From the NCBI GenBank assembly GCA_000934665.2, contig JYFJ02000185.1:62001-126000 (forward strand): DNA of 64,000 bases, given 5' to 3'. Both the position numbers and the translations under genes were made by a program. Under the pieces are notes generated by a model. The model searched no databases. It had not been told where the DNA came from and saw nothing but the letters and a program-made list of their open reading frames with translations. The stretch comes from Catajapyx aquilonaris (taxonomy: Eukaryota). Positions 55,901 to 64,000 of the stretch are shown in pieces; positions within the stretch are counted from its first letter, which is position 1; each line of letters begins with the position of its first letter.

Positions 55901-57534
55901 TGGATGTTATTCTGTCGCCTCTAACGCACAGTATGTTGCATGATGCATGAATTTTGCATTTTTATACAGCATTAATCATATTCCGGTTACTGGGGGCGTT
56001 GTAGTACAGTTGCAAGCAGGCTAATGGTAAATGAAATGTTGTTTACTCAATATTCCAACACGGTTCATCCTAAAGTTGTTTTAGTTACTATACGGTAGGC
56101 TTGTGCTATGATGAAAATAGGTTGTGTACTACCCCCAAATTTTGAATCCCTGTACCTGACACACCCTATGCAATTCAATCACACTCTTGGCCATTACGAC
56201 AGCCCGTGGTAATTCAGAACACTCACCAGTAATGACTCGCAATGTCCCTAAATGCGAGTGATACACAAATGCGTGTCTCCTATCACCCAGAAAAATCTCC
56301 CAACACGCAAGAATCTCCCAGCATTCTCTCCCCTTCCGAAAAAAATATTAAACGACAGATACGAAGTCCCCCCCCCTCTCTCTCTCTGTACGCCTTAATT
56401 AAATTTTTCACCAGAAGCAATTATGCAAAATTGCATTCCCTGCTGCCTTTCGTGACCGGCGCCAGTAGACGCCAGTAAATTGCATCTCTCCCCGTCTTAA
56501 GTAGCCCGTCTGATTAGAGGATTCCCTTCGACTGTGTGTGCAGGTCCAATCGTTGGAAGAAGCAGAGGAGTCCAAAATTGGCATAAATCCTGGTCCGGGT
56601 GTTCGCCGAGATTGGAAGCAATCCTCCTTCCAAAGCCGCTCACACACACACCTCAAGAGAAGCTGCTTCTTCCTTCTTCTCACACCATTGGCGAGGAAAC
56701 GCCTTGGCCAAACATCCATCAGTTGGACGAAGATGGATTAGCCGGAGCTTGCATAATAGGCTCCGGTTATGAGGGCCAGGGGGTGCCCTGCCTTTTCCTT
56801 GCCTTGCCTAGAGGAGAGCCCCCTTTTCCACCGGTAAACAAACCAAATTATCGCCGATACCTCTCCTGCTAACAGCTCTCCATCGGCCTGTACTACACTG
56901 CTTACCAGAATATTGCGTGGTAAATCGATATGGCATGCTCTGATGCGTTTGTATCCGATTTTGCGGAAAATTTTAGCACGCACACCTACTGTCTGCCTTA
57001 GGCGGGCTTTAAAATGCGAAAATGGCGGGCAAACTGCAATCCAGCTGTAATCAATATCCCTTTAAAATAAAGGTACTCATTTCATGATTAATGCTAATTT
57101 CGTGATTGAAGAGTGACAAATGAAAATGTAGCAATAGTGTTCTAGACAAAAAAAAAATGAAAACGTCATGTTAGACCCATAAAGTAGGCTACTAATTGAC
57201 AGTTTAATTACAGCATATGTTAATACCTTGGTGGGCTGATGAGCCCCAATCAGTGGTAGTATTATTTGCTATTAAAATAATGCGGTATTTCTCGGAGAAA
57301 ACCTCAAATAATATTACAGTAGCTTCTCATTTGACATGCAAATTATTCAGCAAAAATATTAGGCTACCGTATATTTGCGAACTTTATTTTGTTTAATATA
57401 TTTAATATATTTTTGTTGGTCTTTGCATTAGCAGTATGGCCACGAAGCAACTGTTCAAAAATATTTTCATGTATTTTAGCGATTAAAATGTACTGGAAAC
57501 AACCTGTACATAATGAGCTGAGACTGGAACGTGT

Positions 57535-57535
57535 N
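57535..57535. other. Single ambiguous base (n)
   Basis: gtgtngcgtc; possibly an assembly join or a low-quality base. Confidence 0.95.
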
Positions 57536-60500
57536 GCGTCACATTTCCAAATGGATTCTGCACATGAACGAAATAGCGTCAATGCAACCACCATGGCCTC
57601 CGGGCACTGACTGGCATTTTCTAACACCTGAATTCGCAGCATATTACGCATGCCTAACATGCATTTCGCATGTGATATAGCTGGCCACCACTAATAGAAG
57701 TCAGCTCCGTATAAAACAGTCACGGCATGGTCTGTAGACCTCCGAGAGGAAATTTTCGCCCCACTCCAGAAACACGCACCCTACAGTATATCTTGGACAA
57801 GTTTATAAAATAGTTCAAATGCCCAAGAACCTGCCAAGAACATCCACAGTAACTTAGTTCTTGTTGATCTTTCGGGAGAGACGCGGAAAGTGCCTCGTAA
57901 CCCCAGATATTAATTATAATTTTATTTCAAGTTAAGACTTGGGGAAACTCAAAATCAAGTTTGCGGGCAATAAAAAGCCTGGAGGCTCAGTGGTGGGTAT
58001 AGCGTGCACATCCACGAGCTCTTTTGCGATAAGACACGATTCTGCCACGAGCGTCACCCCCCCTACGACCCCCTCCCGGTTTATTATCCTCCTCTGATAT
58101 GCAAAGGTATATCAACAAAATTCTTCACTCGCACTATCAAAGCAAACCACAAAAATGGAAGGCACGACGGAAGGTTGCTAACCTCTCTTCAAATTAAAAA
58201 TGGGGGGTTTTCATTTTATTAACTCATATTCCACGCAATATTTAAAGCTCATTACAGTAAAATGTCTCTCAGCAACTGGGCGGTTAGTAACGGTAAAAAT
58301 TTGTAGGATTATTTAAAAAATCGACGAATTCAAATGTGACAGCAATGGGGGAGGGGGGGAATCCCGCGAGAATTGGAAACCATTCTCCCAGCACATGCCC
58401 CGAGGGAAACCAATATTTCGCGATGAATAAGTAATTCGCTTTGATTTTCACTGCTGCCCCTGCTATCGATTGACACGCTCAAAAACCGCTCCTACTTCCC
58501 CCAAAAATATTGTAATATATGAAACTGTTAATATCTTGCTTGTGTTATACAATATTTTTTGCAACGTCGATTTTTTTCAGTCATTATGCGAATCTGCAGT
58601 GATTTCAGGAGAGGTCCAATCGGAAAGGGTCTGGCGCTGACTCTTTATCATTTTGTGCTGAGCCAAAGGAGGTCGTGCCTAATGACCCCTCCAGATGAGT
58701 CAATGCCTCCGTCTACCACCTCGACTTTCTACTCACTCATATTCGCAGCTCCACTTGCTCCAGTCCGTCTGTCTAATGCACTGCTGCCAACCTCCCCATG
58801 CGAAAATCAGATTGGATCTTACCCCGTACTACTTTCATGCCTCGCAGACTCTCTCTCCTATCGCCTTCCAATCAAGGCCCGAATAGTTATGTCTCCTGCG
58901 GTTGTAATTAATTTTCTCAGCCGGACTACTTCTGGCCAGACACAAACTCGTGTTTCCTTGGGATTTAGGCGGTGGGTACGGTTCGAAGTTGGGGGTGGCG
59001 TCATCGCTCTTCTCGTGTCAGTGCTAATCAGCCTGCTCAGATTTATTACCGCATTGCAGGCATGACTACAGATCCCATTAGCAGCACTAGCTCAAAGATG
59101 GATAGTCTAGCCTTGCGTGAATCACAAGGCCTGATATCTTTTAAGTGGAGCCAGCTCTCTCTCTCTCTGCTGCCTTTTTTATTCACAACCAACCGTAAAA
59201 CACCACAAGCTTTTTGCAGATTCAGGTCCAACCCTCAGCAATTTCTGGACACGTCCCCTGGAAATAATACAGTGGAAGAGAGAAAGATAGTATACATCCT
59301 CTTACTTTTCCCCTCCTCCCTGCTTTGCCCTCCCATATTCCCCTAAGAAGGTTTCTTTTTATATATGGAAAGTGGCTGGGGCTAAGAGCAACACGAGTTT
59401 TGCTGGCAGACTTTTAAGATGCAGCGACGAGTCCACAAATGCGATCTGCTGCAAACGACCCTCGTGGGAAAGGGGGGTCCAGACAGGTAGCAAGAATTGC
59501 ATGGAAAAAGTCAGCCTGTTTTTTTCCCCCTCCTATATTCTCTTCCCCATGCCCTTTCTCCTCTCTTGGATCCAACTCGCCGACAATGGCCCTGATGCAT
59601 TATTGCTGACTATTTCTTTCTTTCTCCCCCTCCTCTCTCGGCAAATAGGAGATAATCGACCTATCTATATAAAGAATGATTCCCGGGGAGGGGAGACTAA
59701 TCTGATGCAGATGTAGACCATTCTTCAGGTCCCTGTCTGGAATGCTCCGGAGGGACCATTCTTCCTGAACGTTCGATCTACGTCGAAACAAAAGTCGTTT
59801 ATTTAGTGCTATACGCTCCCATTTCAGATGAGGGTCCTGCATTGGGATGTGTATGCAGTACAGGGCACCCAAATGGAGGAAATTAAATGGTCGAATCTGG
59901 AGACTTGAACGGGCGATGCGCGTACAGGATGATCTTGTCTAATAATAATTGCACGTATTGTTATTAAGCGATAATGAATCTCTCTAACATGCCAGATAAA
60001 CTTCCTGGATCTTTCTTTTGCTTCACGTTCAAATGCTTCTCCACATCCCCAATCGGAAATTTTCTTTAGCAATAAAGAAAAAGACAGAGAGGCCCTTTGA
60101 AAACAGAGCCCCCACGAGTTCTGGAGACTAATAGCAATGAGGTCGTCAGCCTCTGGAGCAACACTCCAGACCACATAAGGTGCTTCGATGCACGATAAAT
60201 CACTCGAATCCGGACAAATGAGCTGCAAGTTGTTTTTTAAAAAAAAACACAGAAACATGGTAGCGTCTTCTTTCCTCCTTTTCCCACCCCAACCTTATAA
60301 CCACCCACAAGAAATTCAATTCGGAAGAGTTGCATCGCTTTCTCTCTCTACAGATTTCAAATTTCCCAGGGTCTGATAGTAAAAGACGGTTTTCGTGTTT
60401 CCTCCTCTCACATCATTCCTTCTTCATGCTCAACTCCCCTGGCATACGAAATAATGGGATTCCTCGCCCAAACACGGGAATGAAAAAAAAGAAAGAAAAA

Positions 60501-60562
60501 AATATTCCAGCTCCTTTCACCACGGATGAAAATGAGCATAATTTAGGGAAAATTCATTAGGA

Positions 60563-60564
<2 letters not shown>

Positions 60565-60624
<60 letters not shown>
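60565..60624. repeat. (AG)30 microsatellite
   Basis: Read directly. Confidence 0.97.
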
Positions 60625-60626
<2 letters not shown>

Positions 60627-63445
60627 ACAAAATGTTGCTATAGGATGCAGGGTTGAAGGGGGTATATTAAATTCCGAGTCGGCGTCCCGAATATGGAATT
60701 TGGATATATGGGTTATCTCTCTAGTTGTTGTTGTTTTTTTTGCCGGGGAATTTGCTATGGAACCGACTCGTATTTTGAACCTTTATGCGACCCATAAAGC
60801 GAACGAATAATGAGAACCATAAGCAATAAAGTTAAACACTCAGTGATAAAAACTTTTTTATTTAGTGCCACTGTTTGTGCTGCGTCGATTTTCTGGGGCT
60901 ACAGTTTAACTGCCAGACAGAAAAAGAATCCGCATTCGTAACGTTTTTGCCATGCTCTATGGTGAAACCAGATATGCCGGACTTCCAAATAGTCCCAAAA
61001 TAGTGGGACTACCATTGTAAACAAAGGGTGTCGAGCCCGGAATTGTGGAAAAAAAATTGCTAACAAATGAGATCATTATGGTACGTTCTAGTTGCCAGAA
61101 ATGATTTTCTGTTTCTGAAGCAGCCGAGTTCACACCGTTGCATGATAACGGCCTCTCTGAAATTTATTTCTAGATTCGGGGCGTCCAGCTTTAATTAGGA
61201 TTAGAAGTGACACGGGTGCCGGAAAAGTCCTTTGTACCTGCCAAAACCGTCTGTGCCGCGTGCATCTCATGCGGCCGAGTCAATTCAATCACGTTGGGTT
61301 AACAGGGGTTCTTTCATTGCCCTCAGACTTACAGGGGCATTAAATCTCACGCAAGTAAGTGGAAATAAACCCAATTAGCCCCATTCGGACGTGTACTGTA
61401 CATGCTGAAGAGGATGCAACAATTGATATTAAAAGTAGCAGTGATTTGTAACAGTTCCTTTTTTGGAGCAGGATCAAAAATCGCTGACATTGCAGGTATA
61501 ACGCGTATGTTTTTTTTGTTTTTTTTGCCTGATGCGCCAATATTTGGCGTAAAGTTATACGCCAGCAGATGCTACTCGTAAAACAATATGCCGGAGGATC
61601 ATCCTCGAGTGCCTCGTGGGAAGCGTCTTTTATCATCTTATAAGTTCGAGTGCATACAGCCCCGTCTACTAAAACCAATCTAGAAGACATGCCCCTTATT
61701 TCTAGGAAGTACTGAGCCTCGGAGCAATGCAGCAGTAGCTGCACTGAAGCTCATGAAAAAATCAGCAGCAGGAGAGAAAAAATATATACCGTATAGAAAG
61801 AAAACACAGTAGATTATCCCTTCCTTGCATTTAGATCCTAGAGTCGGCATATTCGTGCGCTGTAAATCTCCGGGAGAGGCAAAAATGGAAAATAATTCAT
61901 AAAGCACAGGTGCAAACCATAATAGCTAACCTTACACAAGGCCCTGGGTGTAAAGCAAGCTTTTGCACTTTGTGTTGCGTGGTTTTTTGGGGGCGGGAAC
62001 AAGTTCGCATGTTTGAAGCTTGCACCGAATGCGATAGTCTGCTGAGAGCGAAATGCACCGGAGGCTCGCATGATTATGCTTTGCTAATGAAAGCAATGCG
62101 TCCTGGTCCATGTCACAGATTTCCGAAGGGCACAAAACATCGCTCTAAGTATTGTGTAGTGTATACATGAAGGGATGACTCTGGGATATAATAATTATTG
62201 CGACTTTGAACTTTGCGCATCGAGATTCCCGATCATCAATTAAACGTACCATCCCCCTTAAATTACGGTAGGCTGTCAGACCCTGTTTCAAGGCACGTCT
62301 TTTGGCCCCAACGTTTTCCGTCGACCGCTTTTCAGCACCAATGCAGCATAGGGGCCTTATATACGTACAGCCTGTTTTTCAGGGCGCGACGTAAACCGAT
62401 AGACCAATACGCACTCTTTATAACGACGGCTTGTATCGACCTCTCCCTCCGATCCTATATGCATGCAAAGTGCCAACTCGTGCTTGTTTTTCATCACAGC
62501 CGGAAATAGTCCCCCACACACCACATCAGAATTTCACTCACTTGTAATAAACTTAAGCATCATGTAACAAAACAGCTATTATGTCAAATGTCGAATTTAT
62601 GAAGCGTTAAGATCATTTATTACTTTAAATTTCTTATTAGGGCAGACCCAACCGAACTCAAGCCTATTTGGGCTCAATCGCTGATATTTGTGGCCCCCAC
62701 CTGATTGCTATTTTGTAGTAGCAGCGACTGAATCGCCGCTACTACAGTGGCCACAATTCACTCCGTAACTACGAGCGCTAAATTATTCCTAGCCTATACA
62801 CGCTTTCCTTTAATTCCAAAGATAGCGACGGGAGGCCGTGAAATGCGAGGAATGAGCACGCGCGTCATAATATAGTTGAGCTGCTGCACAAGTAGAAGGC
62901 GGAGCACACAGAATCCATCAAACAAGAACGTGTACGGCATGAGCGATACAAGTGCATACCGACAGACACAGGCGAAACAGTCGGCCCCCGACAGCAGTGG
63001 CCAGCACTGCTGGGAAGACAATCAGGGGATCAAATGAGCAATCACCGCTGTCCTACGTGCTGAATACTAATTCTAATGCGACCATAAAACCTGACGGTTC
63101 CAAATTGAAATGTCTATAGATAAAACACAGCACTTGTCAGAAAACTGTGCCTCGTGGGTATATATGCGGGCCTCTCGGAATATGCGATAGACCCTGACAG
63201 CTGTAAAACCCCGCCCTGGTTTTTCCCAGCGATACGCAACCGAGCACGCTCCTGGTCCTTGTCTCTGAATACATGTCACATCAAAGAGATGGATGGATTT
63301 CCATGGGTCCTCTGAAAAGGGGCCCGGACAATCCGGGCGTCGGATGATGCCAATTTCATCCTGTATTAGCATAATAACTTTCCTGAACTTGCCTGAGCTT
63401 GCCTTAATTTTTGACTCCCGTTTATAAGAGCAAATCGTAGATTAA

Positions 63446-63565
63446 GGTCGGGTTTCACCAACCCGGTTAATTTAGAACCTCGGTAAAAGAATTTCCACAG
63501 TTTAACGATTGTTGACAACAATCAAAAGTAAGGATTTTTCGAAACCTGGTTGGTGAAACTGGTCA
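63446..63565. mobile_element. 120-bp PIF/Harbinger (Tourist-like) MITE
   Basis: TAA|GGTCGGGTTTCACCAACCCGGTT ... AACCTGGTTGGTGAAACTGGTCA|TAA: imperfect ~23-bp TIRs and a 3-bp TAA duplication. Confidence 0.7.
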
Positions 63566-64000
63566 TAAGTGGAGTAAGTACTTGTGTCAACTACAAAGAA
63601 GAATTCTCCTACTCTTTTAATCCGGATTCCCCCCCAAAACAACAAATAGCTGTTAGTCCATCACCTGCTCTTTCCGCAAATTGGGGAAATAACAATTAAT
63701 TGGCCCGGATGAAGATGGATTGCCTTATCGGGGCAGGATATTTCATGGCGTCCGTTGCCATACACCCGGTTCCATCAATCAGTTTTTGGGGTGAGAAGCA
63801 CGTGCTCACAGAGAGTGTGTTGTAGGCTACTCCCGGATTTTTATGGTAGGTCACGTGACGATAGCCTCTGGTGCCTCATAATCCATCTACCCAAACCTTC
63901 ATCCCGTAGCCATCCCCCTCCCTCCCAGCACTTGAGTCCCCATGAGATAAGCCTAATCCGGGCCAATCCTTTCCCGAAAATCCCTCGAGTCCGGTCGGAT

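Noticed and set aside
57233..57250. GGGCTGATGAGCCCCAAT looks like the 5' half of a hammerhead ribozyme core
   Set aside because: No downstream GAAA or stem II/III partner, so it cannot fold into a hammerhead; at most a truncated relic.
55010..62262. Kolobok-like ...CCCTTTAA/CCCCTTAA ends near 55020 and 62255
   Set aside because: Only single short ends seen; no paired TIRs identified.
1..64000. Searched by eye for conserved miRNAs (miR-10, miR-993, iab-4, let-7, bantam and others), tRNA A/B boxes, 5S rRNA, histone stem-loop, telomeric arrays and CRISPR-like repeat-spacer arrays
   Set aside because: Only seed-length matches (e.g. TGAGATCATT near 61068) without full mature sequences. A manual search can miss things, so Infernal/Rfam and tRNAscan-SE should be run.

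Overview
Eukaryotic (animal, probably invertebrate) genomic DNA, roughly 40-45% GC by eye, and almost entirely non-coding. I can support one protein-coding gene: a compact 4-exon minus-strand gene (51353->49813, 383 aa after splicing) encoding a coiled-coil protein that resembles the CCDC166/DUF4515 family. It has RFX X-box-like motifs just upstream and AATAAA just after the stop. About 1.1 kb upstream lies the decayed 3' end of a Helitron (PIF1-type helicase C-terminus plus CTAG terminus), next to a near-consensus CTCF motif. The rest is a gene desert or very large intron, with alternating AT-rich and G/C- or GA-tract-rich blocks and (GA)n microsatellites. It also holds several very small TIR/foldback insertions (23-120 bp), most with intact target-site duplications, and about a 3-fold excess of TACAGTA/TACTGTA, the Tc1/mariner excision footprint. 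Nearly all ORFs in the supplied track look spurious. I found no rRNA, tRNA, CRISPR array, recognisable miRNA or intact ribozyme, and I cannot claim a demonstrably new biological system. The best leads are the micro-MITE and footprint landscape and the isolated cilia-type gene with a TE-adjacent insulator motif.
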